A stretch of DNA of 55,901 bases from Cyanobacteria bacterium J06638_22 (GTDB lineage: Bacteria > Cyanobacteriota > Cyanobacteriia > Elainellales > Elainellaceae), in the NCBI GenBank assembly GCA_039819145.1, contig JBCBSL010000001.1, forward strand, positions 1 through 55,901. Reading direction: 5' to 3'. A program made the translations under genes and the position numbers. Each line of letters begins with the position of its first letter. The stretch's first letter is position 1. Below the pieces are notes generated by a model. It was not told the DNA's origin, did no database searches, and worked only from the letters and a program-made list of their open reading frames with translations. Positions 30,284-39,869 of this stretch are shown here, in pieces.

Positions 30284-31375
30284 ATGCTTCAAGCCGGAAT
30301 CGTCGGACTGCCCAACGTCGGCAAATCTACGCTTTTCAATGCTGTCGTCGCGAACTCCAAAGCCCAGGCAGCAAACTTTCCATTTTGTACGATCGAACCA
30401 AACACGGGTGTGGTTGCCGTGCCCGACCCGCGCCTACAGAAGCTGGCAGACATTTCAGAGTCGGCGGAAATCATTCCGGCACGGGTGGAATTTGTGGATA
30501 TTGCCGGGTTGGTCAAGGGCGCGAGCCAGGGCGAAGGCTTGGGCAACCAGTTTTTGGCCAACATTCGCGAGGTGGATGCAATCGTCCATGTCGTTCGTTG
30601 CTTTGAAAACGACGACATCATCCATGTGGCAGGCTCGGTCGATCCGGTGCGCGACATCGAAATCATTAACCTGGAACTGTCGCTAGCGGATCTATCGCAA
30701 ATCGAGAAGCGCATCGACCGCGTGAGGAAGCAGGCTAAGAGCAGCAAAGAGGCAAAAGTAGAGCTGGACGTATTGGAAAAGCTCTTGCCTGTATTGGAGG
30801 CTGGAAAATCTGCGCGCGTGGCAGAACTAGAGCCAGAGGAAGAAGCCATCATCAAACCCCTGGGGCTGCTGACCCGCAAACCCGTCATCTATGCCACCAA
30901 CGTTTCTGAAGATGATTTGGCCAGCGGCAATGAGTGGGTCGAACAGGTGCGGGCGATCGCCGCCGAAGAAAATGCTCAGGTCATCGTCATTTCGGCTCAG
31001 GTAGAATCAGAACTGATCGAACTCCCTGAGGAAGACCGCGCTGACTTTCTGGAATCTCTCGGGGTCTCTGAAGGGGGGCTGCAATCCCTCATCCGTGCCA
31101 CCTACGACCTTCTGGGTCTGCGCACTTATTTCACCTCCGGCCCCAAGGAAACTCGCGCTTGGACGATTCGCGCCGGAATGGTCGCGCCCCAAGCTGCAGG
31201 CGTCATCCACACCGACTTCGAGCGCGGCTTTATCCGCGCCGAAACCGTTGCCTACGACGATCTCGTCACTACAGGCTCAATGACCGCCGCTAAGGAAAAA
31301 GGGCTAGTTCGCAGCGAAGGCAAGGAATACGTGGTGAAAGAAGGCGACGTTATGCTGTTCCGCTTCAACGTTTGA
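30284..31375 (+). CDS. ychF: redox-regulated ATPase YchF
   Basis: [39 protein letters not shown] domain ending FRFNV; start at ATG 30284. Confidence 0.98.
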   Translation: MLQAGIVGLPNVGKSTLFNAVVANSKAQAANFPFCTIEPNTGVVAVPDPRLQKLADISESAEIIPARVEFVDIAGLVKGASQGEGLGNQFLANIREVDAIVHVVRCFENDDIIHVAGSVDPVRDIEIINLELSLADLSQIEKRIDRVRKQAKSSKEAKVELDVLEKLLPVLEAGKSARVAELEPEEEAIIKPLGLLTRKPVIYATNVSEDDLASGNEWVEQVRAIAAEENAQVIVISAQVESELIELPEEDRADFLESLGVSEGGLQSLIRATYDLLGLRTYFTSGPKETRAWTIRAGMVAPQAAGVIHTDFERGFIRAETVAYDDLVTTGSMTAAKEKGLVRSEGKEYVVKEGDVMLFRFNV

Positions 31376-31382
31376 TTGACCG

Positions 31383-31479
31383 TATACAGCGTTTCCTGCT
31401 TCCGTGAGGTACAGTTTCAGAGCTAAAACTCCCGTATATCAAGGGTTGAGTGCACCTCACTAGCTTCGGAAATGCTATA
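31383..31479. mobile_element. MITE-like element, family H (copy 1)
   Basis: TACAGCGTTTCC...GGAAATGCTATA IRs, internal GTGAGGTACA/TGCACCTCAC stem; direct-repeat partner at 31797-31893. Confidence 0.75.
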
Positions 31480-31796
31480 TATTGTAGAAATAAAGAACCT
31501 CAGAGAGCACAAAGAGATTTCTCAGTTTTCCTAGTACCTCTGCCGTGAAGTGTTCGGGAAATCTATTCGGCTTGCATAAAATAGAGGAATGATCGCAAGA
31601 AAATTAAACTTGAAGATTAGACCGATCATTACTTTGCTACTCACATCTATCTGTTTCTAGATATGTAGTTTTTGGCAAGTTCTTTACGTTTGCAATTAAG
31701 TAACCTTTCTGGCTTTTATCTTGCGCAGGCTGAAACGAGTTGAGAATCTTCTTATCCTTGAAGTAGGGCTGAATAGGAAGATAATCAGGCGGATAC

Positions 31797-31893
31797 TATA
31801 CAGCGTTTCCTGTTTACGTGAGGTACAGTTTTAGGGCTGAAACGCCTGTATTTCAAGAATCAGGTGTACCTCACTAGGCTCGGAAATGCTATA
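31797..31893. mobile_element. MITE-like element, family H (copy 2)
   Basis: Same ends and internal stem as 31383-31479; its right end overlaps the stop codon of the ADP-ribosyltransferase ORF. Confidence 0.75.
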
Positions 31894-32470
31894 TGATCTC
31901 TTCTACTTGCATAATCCAGTATTCAAGATTATCTTTTGGATCCATTTGTCTCTCTGCAGAAATACGACGATATTTTGAGCCACGAAGTAGAACAACTTCA
32001 CCCTCATCCCTTGCAGCATGTTGAAACGGCTTTAAGTATTTTCCTGTTATAGATGAAACTTCAAGAAGGACGGATAGTGTTCGCTCATCATCGTCTGGGG
32101 CGGTATAGGTAAATGATTCACCAATTTCTCTGAAAATACTGGCACTTGCGTGGGAGTCAAGTAAGAAAATTTCAGAGCCGTGAAGTAACTGTCGTATGTA
32201 TTTTTGCCTGTTTGGACAGAGAAAACGGTCTGAAATTCCTCTATAAACAGTGCATTGGCAAGAAACTGCTTTGCTAAGAGCTGCACTGAAATTGTTCTCA
32301 ATCTCTGCAACAGTACATCTCAAGTTGTCAATGTATGTATTTCCTACCTCGCCCATACGTTGGTAGTTACAAATTGATTCATACCAAACACCAAGCCATG
32401 CACGTATAGCTTTTATTTCGTCTTTATTCAGGGATGATTCAAAAGTTATAAACTTGCTCTCGGAATGCAT
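31889..32470 (-). CDS. putative NAD-dependent ADP-ribosyltransferase (C2/C3/VIP2-like R-S-E clade)
   Basis: ALSKA...TVYRG (R), HASAS (S-x-S), DEGEVVLLRGSKYR (E-x-E) in canonical order; visibly AT-rich; ATG 32470 or TTG 32503 start. Confidence 0.7.
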   Translation of the reverse strand: MHSESKFITFESSLNKDEIKAIRAWLGVWYESICNYQRMGEVGNTYIDNLRCTVAEIENNFSAALSKAVSCQCTVYRGISDRFLCPNRQKYIRQLLHGSEIFLLDSHASASIFREIGESFTYTAPDDDERTLSVLLEVSSITGKYLKPFQHAARDEGEVVLLRGSKYRRISAERQMDPKDNLEYWIMQVEEII

Positions 32471-32506
32471 AAGAATCAAAAGATAGTATTTATCTCCTTT
32501 CAATAA

Positions 32507-33241
32507 TCAAGAGGAGACCGTCGATCGCACATTCGCAGCAGCGTGAACAAATGCGCGGAAGATGGCTTGTTGGTGAGGGTCGTCGGGGGCGGAGAGTTCG
32601 GGATGCCATTGGAGGGCGATCGCCCAGGGGTGAGCCATGTGTTCGACGGCTTCGATTAGGCCATCGGCGGCGTGGGCGGCGACTTGCCAGTCAGGAGGGA
32701 CAGTGGGCACGGCTTGGTGGTGCCAGGAAACTACCTCGATTTCGCGCTGATCCACGATGGACGATAGGATGCTGCCCGGTTCCAGGATGACCGTGTGGCG
32801 CGTGGGAGTGGGTGGATCGTCCGGTTGCTGCTGCTCTACATGGTTAACGGTGGTGCCGAAGGTTTCGGGGACATGGGGAATGAGCATGGCTCCACTGACG
32901 ATGCTCAACACCTGCATGCCCCGGCAGATGCCCAAAACGGCGAGATCCGCTTGGATCGCTCGTTGCGCTAAGTCAAGTTCAAAGCGATCGCGCTCCAGAT
33001 CCATCTTGGCAATGGTGGGATGTGGCTTGCCGTCGTAACACTCCGGGTGGATGTCGCCGCCTCCGGTGAAGATGATGCCATCTAGATGAGCGATCAGGCG
33101 ATCGCATTGTTCTTCCCCTGGCGCTAGCATAATGGGGACGCCACCCGCCTGTCGCACCGCCGAGAGGTAGGTCTGGTGCAGTTGGTAATGCCCGGATTCC
33201 GTTCGCCCAGCAGTGGTGATGCCGATGATAGGAGCCAACAT
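32507..33241 (-). CDS. gamma-glutamyl-gamma-aminobutyrate hydrolase-like protein (peptidase C26, class I glutamine amidotransferase)
   Basis: PIIGIT, GIIFTGGGDIHP, LGICRGMQ catalytic Cys, SWHHQAV, QWHPE; start ATG 33241. Confidence 0.9.
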   Translation of the reverse strand: MLAPIIGITTAGRTESGHYQLHQTYLSAVRQAGGVPIMLAPGEEQCDRLIAHLDGIIFTGGGDIHPECYDGKPHPTIAKMDLERDRFELDLAQRAIQADLAVLGICRGMQVLSIVSGAMLIPHVPETFGTTVNHVEQQQPDDPPTPTRHTVILEPGSILSSIVDQREIEVVSWHHQAVPTVPPDWQVAAHAADGLIEAVEHMAHPWAIALQWHPELSAPDDPHQQAIFRAFVHAAANVRSTVSS

Positions 33242-33294
33242 AGTCGCGACAAAGACAATGGAAGGACAGTAGAAGGACAACGGAGAATGCAAAG

Positions 33295-33900
33295 CTAAGA
33301 CAGCTTCAGAGGCGGTGTGGTAGGACGACTGGGGAAGATGCCCACCTCGGTGCAGATGTTGGCCAGACGCCGATCCCATGGAGCATGAGGCAGTTGGGGG
33401 AGGCGGGCTAGCTCAAACACAATACCCACCGTGGGAACGCCCGACCACAGCGGATTGCTCAGCATCCGATCGTAGTAGCCACCGCCATAGCCCAGCCGAT
33501 AGCCCTTCACATCGCAGGCGATCGCCGGCACCAAAATCACGCCCACCTGCTGCGGCGTGATGGTTGGTGAGAGTGGATGGGGTTCACTAATGCCAAAGCT
33601 GCCCGTTTGCAAGGGATAGTGGCTGCGAGGGGACCACTCATGCCAGATCATCGCCTTGTCTTCGCAACGGGGAAAGGCCCAGCGTTTGGGCAAATGGAAT
33701 AGCGGCATCAGATCCGGCTCTTGTCGCGCACTGAAGAATGCCAACACCGTGCGAGCCTCCTGAAAGGGTTGCCACTGTTGTAAGTGATGGCAGAGGCGAT
33801 CGCTCTTTTCGCGCCACAGGTCGGGGTGCATGCCTTGGCGTGCCCGCAGGAGCGATCGCCGGAGGTCTACTTTTTGGGCTTGGATTTCGGCTGAAGTCAC
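33295..33900 (-). CDS. 5-formyltetrahydrofolate cyclo-ligase
   Basis: K..LRR N-terminus, FGISEP, LVPAIACD..GYRLGYGGGYYDR, WD motif. Confidence 0.93.
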   Translation of the reverse strand: MTSAEIQAQKVDLRRSLLRARQGMHPDLWREKSDRLCHHLQQWQPFQEARTVLAFFSARQEPDLMPLFHLPKRWAFPRCEDKAMIWHEWSPRSHYPLQTGSFGISEPHPLSPTITPQQVGVILVPAIACDVKGYRLGYGGGYYDRMLSNPLWSGVPTVGIVFELARLPQLPHAPWDRRLANICTEVGIFPSRPTTPPLKLS

Positions 33901-34063
33901 CGGGATAATGGAGGAATGAAGAATGAGAATAGCAATGACTGCTAGAACGGGTTAAAGGGATAGGGGTTACCTTAGCACCATGGCTGAAACTTTTGATGCT
34001 CAAGAATCATAATCACCTAGAGCTTTAATCTACAGTAATTTTCAGTGGCCTGGGGCTAGGTAG

Positions 34064-34342
34064 ATAGCAAATCCGGCGGTTGCAACCGCCGCGAACCAAA
34101 CGAAACCTGCCATCGCTCGCTGTCGCGGGTTCTTCAACCGGATTTGATATTACGCACTGGCTACGAAAAACCAAAGAAGTTTGATGATTTTTGGGGCGCA
34201 CTGCGCCCCAAAAATCATCAAACTTCGTAAGTCCTGTGGTATAGCCTTACGCATTGAGATTAGGACAAATCATTTTTTGAAAGCCCCGCAGCGCGGGGCT
34301 TTCAAAAAATGATTAGATTCTACCTGAGCGCGTAGCGCTATA
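34064..34342. mobile_element. stack of three MITE-like elements (E 34064-34150, B 34151-34236, D 34240-34342)
   Basis: ATAGCAAATCCGG/CCGGATTTGATAT; 25-bp-arm palindrome 34176-34226 ending GTAAGTCCTG; TATAGCCTTACGCATTGAG...GCGTAGCGCTATA. Confidence 0.75.
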
Positions 34343-35140
34343 TTAGTCTGGATCCACTCGCCCTTCCTCAATTTGTTCGCCCAACCAGGCGAGTTGAATC
34401 AGGGTCAGGGTATACCAGAAGTCACTACCGCCGCGCACCTCATCGAGGCGATCGGCACACCGACGGCTACCCACTTCGGCACAGGCGATCGCTAGCAATT
34501 CATCTTCTGAAACTCTCTGTCTGTCTGGGGTATACCAGTTTGAGCCAGAGCGAGCGGTGCGGCCATTGGGGTAGTACCAAGTGCTGCCAAAGTTGACCGA
34601 TCGCCCGTTAGGGTAGTTCCAATAGTCGCTGAACTGGGCCGATCGTCCATTGGGGTAGTACCAGTTAGACCCGAGCCGCATGGTGCGACGGTTAGACCAT
34701 TGGGGAACTCCCTGGGAAACCTCCTCGGCCTCCCGTCCACGACAGATCCCGATCTGGCGACCTTCGACCTCATCGCTGAGTTCGGAACTCAAGTCCCATA
34801 GATAGGCGATGTTGGCCATGGCCGTAAGCGTAATGCAGGCATCGGTGGTGCTGGGCGGGATCGCATCCGGCGGACGGCGCAGCGGTTCGCCTCGCTGTTG
34901 TCGTCGAGAGTCTGAGTCTCGGCGACGGATGTAGATGTTTTGAGCCTGTTCGTAAGTGGTGTCAGGCGGCTGATTGTCGGTGCTCTGAATGACGCGCAAC
35001 AGGGAGGCAGCGATCGCCCCCTCTCCCATCACAGCCGTTAGCAAAAGGGCGATCGCCCCGCCCACAAGGTAATTCCACGGTTTGGGGGAATGTGTGGCTA
35101 GAGATTTTGGCGATCGTCGACCGTTCAACTTGTCGATCAT
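34343..35140 (-). CDS. hypothetical exported protein with 14-aa W-x-Y-P-N-G-R repeats
   Basis: Hydrophobic signal/TM segment; repeats GSNWYYPNGRSAQF / SDYWNYPNGRSVNF / GSTWYYPNGRTARS / GSNWYTPD. Confidence 0.75.
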   Translation of the reverse strand: MIDKLNGRRSPKSLATHSPKPWNYLVGGAIALLLTAVMGEGAIAASLLRVIQSTDNQPPDTTYEQAQNIYIRRRDSDSRRQQRGEPLRRPPDAIPPSTTDACITLTAMANIAYLWDLSSELSDEVEGRQIGICRGREAEEVSQGVPQWSNRRTMRLGSNWYYPNGRSAQFSDYWNYPNGRSVNFGSTWYYPNGRTARSGSNWYTPDRQRVSEDELLAIACAEVGSRRCADRLDEVRGGSDFWYTLTLIQLAWLGEQIEEGRVDPD

Positions 35141-35316
35141 GGGGCTTCTCTCCAAACTCGTTTGACGACACCGCAGTACCTATCGATGAAGAACCCACGA
35201 CCCATTCATTGGTTGCAATCTCCCCATCGCAAGGATTGCACAAGATTCTTGGGTTCTGTCTTGCATCGGTTGAGGGGTATAGCTATGGCCACCTATGTCG
35301 GATGCCTCAATACCCT

Positions 35317-35402
35317 TGTCATTCCCGCAAAGACGGGAATCCAGAACCGATGAACGTTATCCAACAGGCTGTCTATGGATTCCCATTGGCATGGCAATGA
35401 CA
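35317..35402. repeat. REP-like element (GTCATTCCCGC...GGGAATCC type)
   Basis: TGTCATTCCCGCAAAGACGGGAATCCA...TGGATTCCCATTGGCATGGCAATGACA inverted pair. Confidence 0.55.
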
Positions 35403-35537
35403 TATTCCTATCGTCCCAACGTTAATATCCAGAGCCATAACGGAAAGATGGCTCGAAGCGCAACGATGAAAAACCAGGAGCCAGCTTCGCTAACCCCTGA
35501 TTCAACAGACTGATGCAGGAACCGTTTGTTCCAGATT

Positions 35538-35629
35538 TATAGCGGTGTGCAACCGCTTCAAGTGCAAAAATGGTTGTGTGGGGCGCAACGCGCCCACACA
35601 ACCGTACTTACCTAACGCGCATGGCGCTA
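35538..35629. mobile_element. MITE-like palindromic repeat, family A (copy 2)
   Basis: Aligns by eye with positions 1-95. Confidence 0.7.
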
Positions 35630-35686
35630 AACGAGGGTGACCCCGGTGTAAGACTGCGTTTCACCCCTGGCCGATTTCGGTTCCAA

Positions 35687-36886
35687 TTAGAACACCGGAA
35701 CAAGTGTTGCGGGCAGGTTCGCCTGGTTCAACTGTTGCAGCAGCGTATTGGCCTCATTCGGCTCACGGAAGAGCCCTGCCTGCATGACCACTTCCCCATC
35801 AATCACCGTGCGGAATGCGTCGGGAACGATGGAACGAACACGGCGCTGGGCATCGGGGCTGCTGTCGCTGACGATGACGCGATAGCTGAAGCCCAAATTC
35901 GCGGCCAAGCGCTCAGATCCACCACCCGGTGTTCCGCTAAAGACCGGAGGTTCGGAGAACCAGAGGTCTTGGGTCACGGGAATCACGGGAATGGTCGGAT
36001 CCCCAGGAGGACGGTGCCCTGTGGGTTCGGGAGGTAAGCTCGGGACAGGAACAACGGCCACGGTTGTGCCTCCGGGAGGGGTAGGCAAATCAATACCCGA
36101 TACCGCTGACCGGTTGGACGTTGTTGGACGCGGCGAAGGGGTTTCCACGTCGATGGCGATCGGCTCGTCCGGTGTGGGCAGTTGACTGCCATTGCGAGAA
36201 TAGCGGCGGTAGCGGGGCCGCGATGAAGGTGTTTCGGAGACGGGTTCTGCAGTGACGCCAGAGTTTCGAGTCGAGGGGGTTGTGGGGCGCGTCGCGACAG
36301 AGGTTGACGGGCGAGAAGGCGACGCTTGTTGCAACGCGGTCAGGGTTTGGTCATTTGTTAGATACAAGTGGCCGAGAGCCTGCCCGTTGTAAACTCGTCG
36401 GGTAATACGCCAGCCGGGGTTGAGTTCGATTTCGCCAAATTCCTGGGGAATACCACGGGTCCGACCCACTTCTAGGCGCTGCCCACCGCGACGGGGGCGG
36501 GCATACAGTACCATCGAATCGCCTTCCGTTGCGACTTCAAGCCGATACTGCAATCCTAAGTCTTGGTTATCGACCCGAATGGAGTAACCATTGAGATCAC
36601 TAGCGCGACCACAAATGCCAGTAAAGTCGAAGTTGAGTAGGAGGGGGTCAACTTCGACGCCATTTTGATCCCAGCAAGCCCGTGTATTGCTAATTTGTTC
36701 GAGGATTGTCAGCCGACTCCCACCCTCTGTTGCCAATAGGACGAAGCGATCCTGATTGACTTCTGCGTTGTCGAAGGTGGAGGCGATCGCCTCAGGTTGA
36801 AAGGCGGTTAATCCAATGCCCAATCCGCCAATGCTCAGGCTGATTGCTGTGAGAGTTGAAAGGCGCAACCAACGTACTAGTTTCAT
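35687..36886 (-). CDS. DUF3747-domain exported protein with C-terminal SPOR-like domain
   Basis: Signal peptide; LTILEQIS..RACW, VDPLLLNFDFTGICGR...NGYSIR (DUF3747); C-terminal YRVIV...VPDAFR...MQAGLF. Confidence 0.8.
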   Translation of the reverse strand: MKLVRWLRLSTLTAISLSIGGLGIGLTAFQPEAIASTFDNAEVNQDRFVLLATEGGSRLTILEQISNTRACWDQNGVEVDPLLLNFDFTGICGRASDLNGYSIRVDNQDLGLQYRLEVATEGDSMVLYARPRRGGQRLEVGRTRGIPQEFGEIELNPGWRITRRVYNGQALGHLYLTNDQTLTALQQASPSRPSTSVATRPTTPSTRNSGVTAEPVSETPSSRPRYRRYSRNGSQLPTPDEPIAIDVETPSPRPTTSNRSAVSGIDLPTPPGGTTVAVVPVPSLPPEPTGHRPPGDPTIPVIPVTQDLWFSEPPVFSGTPGGGSERLAANLGFSYRVIVSDSSPDAQRRVRSIVPDAFRTVIDGEVVMQAGLFREPNEANTLLQQLNQANLPATLVPVF

Positions 36887-37394
36887 GCTGCTCTGTGTCC
36901 TGATGTGTGAGTGATGTCCAAATGGATTTGCAATCCCCGATTCATGAATCATTGGTAAGCGCTTAACCAATTTCTTCCACCCGGCATTCTCGTCATCCGT
37001 AGACTTTTGGAAATTGAGATCATTGAGATACTATCGTGCCGACTTGTAACGAACCCAACACCCATTGGCAATCTCTGTAGTGCATGGGGTGAGCCCGTAC
37101 GGCAATGCAAGCTATCAGAGAGAACAGACCCAAGTGACCAGGGCAAACTTGTCCTGACTGTAGGACAAATGACCCTGAGGAAAGGGCTAGCAACCCTGAT
37201 TCTCAATTGCCTATTTAGCGAAGGTGGAAACTTATAAAGATTTAGACGCAAGTTAAACCCAGAAGTTTCAGTGTGAGACGAACAGCGTGAGACAAATAGA
37301 CATCTCTCATCTGTTTCGTTCTCTTGTACACCCATCAAATGCACCCATCAAGAACCAGAATTGACTGTGCAGTGTATCTCAATTTGATGGCTTC

Positions 37395-37437
37395 AGATCT
37401 GTTCTTTTAGAAAAAGATCTGTTCTTTTAGAAAAAGA
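37395..37437. repeat. 20-bp tandem duplication
   Basis: AGATCTGTTCTTTTAGAAAA x2 plus AGA. Confidence 0.85.
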
Positions 37438-37452
37438 CACATGGCAATGTAA

Positions 37453-37566
37453 CCTCAGGGCAGGATCAAGAATCGAACCCCTACTAAAACCCTTGATTTT
37501 GTGTAGTGCGGGCACCACCTCGCTACGCAAAATCAAGGGTTTTCTGGGTTCTGTCCTGTACTCAGG
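37453..37566. mobile_element. MITE-like element, family L
   Basis: CCTCAGGGCAGGA...TCCTGTACTCAGG ends, AAAACCCTTGATTTTG/CAAAATCAAGGGTTTT stem; inverted homolog of 25686-25788. Confidence 0.7.
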
Positions 37567-37589
37567 AGAATGCTGGAAAAGCCTTTACC

Positions 37590-37690
37590 TTTTAAGCCTG
37601 TGTCCTTCGACTGCGCTCAGGACACCAAACGCCCGCTGGCTGAGCGAAGCCGAAGCCAGCGGGCATATTCTCTGCGAGAAAACGCCTCAG
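37590..37690. repeat. REP-like/MITE element, family M (copy 1)
   Basis: CTTCGACTGCGCTCAG and CTGAGCGAAGCCGAAG units; inverted homolog at 41417-41525. Confidence 0.65.
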
Positions 37691-37758
37691 CAATGCAACA
37701 CTTAAAATGGTTGTCATCAAGTTAAGTTTGGTGTTCTGATGGTTTAGGCAAACTTCAA

Positions 37759-37801
37759 CGTTTTCTTGAAAGCGTTTCAGGGGAAGACTTTCAAGAAAAC
37801 G
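37759..37801. repeat. palindromic hairpin downstream of the phosphatase gene
   Basis: CGTTTTCTTGAAAG...CTTTCAAGAAAACG. Confidence 0.55.
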
Positions 37802-37824
37802 GTGGGGCGAGTTCTTAGAAAATA

Positions 37825-38595
37825 TTATCTCTTGGCTTGTAAGTGTTGAGCGTCGTTGATGCGACGGATTTGCCAGAGGTCGGTATTGAAGCGGTTGTCG
37901 TCAGTACGATGCCAGCGCGATCGCTCGATCCAAAATTCAAACAAACCCGTGTTGCTCGACTTAATGCGCCAGGCGCGATCGCTCCCCAATAAGGCTGCGA
38001 TCAAGTGCTGCAAAAGCCAGCTGTGGGTGACGACCAACACATGGTCACCATTTTGGTGCTGGTCAATCAATTGCTGGACAAAGTTCTGGGTGCGATCGCG
38101 GGCTTCCTGTAGGGTTTCTGCCTCGGGAATCGGAATCCAATCCAGCGAGGTTTCTAGCTGATGGCACAGCTCAGGATACTGGGCTTGTGCTTCAGCCCAG
38201 GTGAGCCCCTGGAAGACGCCGTTTTTATGCTCCACCAGATCCTCCGAAAACATCAGCGGAATCGGTGGCTGCTCGTCCCCAGTCATTCCTGTCAGGGGTA
38301 AATCCTGCTCAGGAATAGTAACGTCGTTTACGCCCAGTTCATCTCGGACGCTGGTGGGCAGAAAGTCGGTGAGGAAATGGGTCAGCAGAATCTCCGCTGT
38401 TTGAGCGGCACGTTTGAGGGGACTGCTGTAGATATGAGTGGGATGCCAGCCCTCCTGTCGCAGCCGTTCGGCTAGCTTTGCGGCCTGGCGCTTGCCCTCT
38501 TCGGTCAATGGATAGTCGGCACACCCCTGCATGCGGCGTTCCACATTGCCCACCGATTGGGCATGGCGCACAAACATCAGCTTCAAAAGGTTCAT
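37825..38595 (-). CDS. histidine phosphatase (phosphoglycerate mutase-like) family protein
   Basis: FVRHAQS (RHG variant), SSPLKRAAQTA, VLVVTH. Confidence 0.88.
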   Translation of the reverse strand: MNLLKLMFVRHAQSVGNVERRMQGCADYPLTEEGKRQAAKLAERLRQEGWHPTHIYSSPLKRAAQTAEILLTHFLTDFLPTSVRDELGVNDVTIPEQDLPLTGMTGDEQPPIPLMFSEDLVEHKNGVFQGLTWAEAQAQYPELCHQLETSLDWIPIPEAETLQEARDRTQNFVQQLIDQHQNGDHVLVVTHSWLLQHLIAALLGSDRAWRIKSSNTGLFEFWIERSRWHRTDDNRFNTDLWQIRRINDAQHLQAKR

Positions 38596-38735
38596 TGCTG
38601 GTGCCCCCAACAGAACCCCCTCAGCCTACCATTGAGCTACAAAGCCTTGGTGTGGTTGATTCCGGGCAGAGAGAGGATGTTGTATGAATCGAAACGTCGT
38701 TGCGATTCATACTGCTTTGCAGCAACGCAGAGCCT

Positions 38736-39869
38736 TTACCAGCGCTGAGAACGAGACGCCTGAGTCGCTACAGGTTCATTGCGCAAGCGGGCAATCTCTG
38801 CGGACACTTCCCTCGGGCTCATGCCGAAGGTAATGGTCGGTTGGTACAGGAGCTGAATAACTTCGCGATCGATCGCCGCATACTCAGTCACATCCGTCCA
38901 GCGCTGATAGAAGATGCTATCGGCGTAGTCATAGGAGTCGCGCATCAGCCCCATGACCTGGGTCAACTCTTCGCGAATGAGGTGCGATCGCTCCTGCTGC
39001 GTGACCCCTGTTGTTGAAATCAGGATCCGGGCATTGGAGATACTCTGGTTGTTCCATTCCAGCCAGAAGAAACCTAGGTTGCGCGGTCTGTAGTTTGGCT
39101 CAATGCTGCGGAACTGCGACTCTGGCACAAATCGGATGACCACGTTGGGATTCCGGTTATCCAGGGTGAGGGTCACGCGATCATCCTCAATCAGACGGTT
39201 TAATTCCGAAATAACCGCATTGAGGGTTTGCTCATCCTCTCGGGTGGGGTTGCCCTGCACCCCAATCCGCACAGGCCCGTTCCATTTGCGGACAACACCG
39301 CCACTGCTGCCCCACTCGCTGCCCATGGCAATTTGCAGGAAATAATCTACGGCGTCGGATGATACGGAAAGGGGTGCGGCGCTGGGCGTTGAGGGATTAG
39401 CTACATCAGGGTTATAGCTGATGCGATCGTCGCTCGTGGTTTCAAAGTCGAGGAGTTGCCCACTGGGTGCAGCGGCAACCAAATGATCGTTGAGGCGATC
39501 GCTCGGTACCCACCCCCGTCCACTTCTATTGGTCAACCGGATGTAGTACCAAGCCTCACCATCGACTGAATCTTCGTAAAGAATTTCGCCGTGATCGCCT
39601 GCTTGAGCGGAGGCAGAACGAATATTATCCACCCCGGGCATCGCCTGTAAATCAAGCGTTGCATTTAACTGAACGGAGGAACCGGGAGATGGATTGCCCA
39701 GGGATGCGGAGGGGTGTAGAAGCGCCAGCCCAGCACTCGCAACCATGCTGGCGAAAAACAAGCCCTTGAGGCGGCGAACAAAGGGAACGGGCTTCGTTTT
39801 GCGACGACGTGAGTTAGCTTGGCGGAAAGCTCGTGGACGAAGCGGCTGAGAACGAGAAGAATGCATCAT
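38736..39869 (-). CDS. DUF2927-family exported protein with SH3b-like N-terminal domain
   Basis: TM/signal segment; NIRS...WYYI...GWVPS (SH3b-like); VRKW, HLIREELTQVMGLMRDS..YADSIF (DUF2927-like). Confidence 0.7.
   Translation of the reverse strand: MMHSSRSQPLRPRAFRQANSRRRKTKPVPFVRRLKGLFFASMVASAGLALLHPSASLGNPSPGSSVQLNATLDLQAMPGVDNIRSASAQAGDHGEILYEDSVDGEAWYYIRLTNRSGRGWVPSDRLNDHLVAAAPSGQLLDFETTSDDRISYNPDVANPSTPSAAPLSVSSDAVDYFLQIAMGSEWGSSGGVVRKWNGPVRIGVQGNPTREDEQTLNAVISELNRLIEDDRVTLTLDNRNPNVVIRFVPESQFRSIEPNYRPRNLGFFWLEWNNQSISNARILISTTGVTQQERSHLIREELTQVMGLMRDSYDYADSIFYQRWTDVTEYAAIDREVIQLLYQPTITFGMSPREVSAEIARLRNEPVATQASRSQRW

Noticed and set aside
37139-37200. c-di-GMP-I riboswitch-like start (CAGGGCAAAC plus hairpin)
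   Set aside because: Lacks the GNRA tetraloop and GACGCAAAGC core, and lies on the strand opposite the nearest downstream gene
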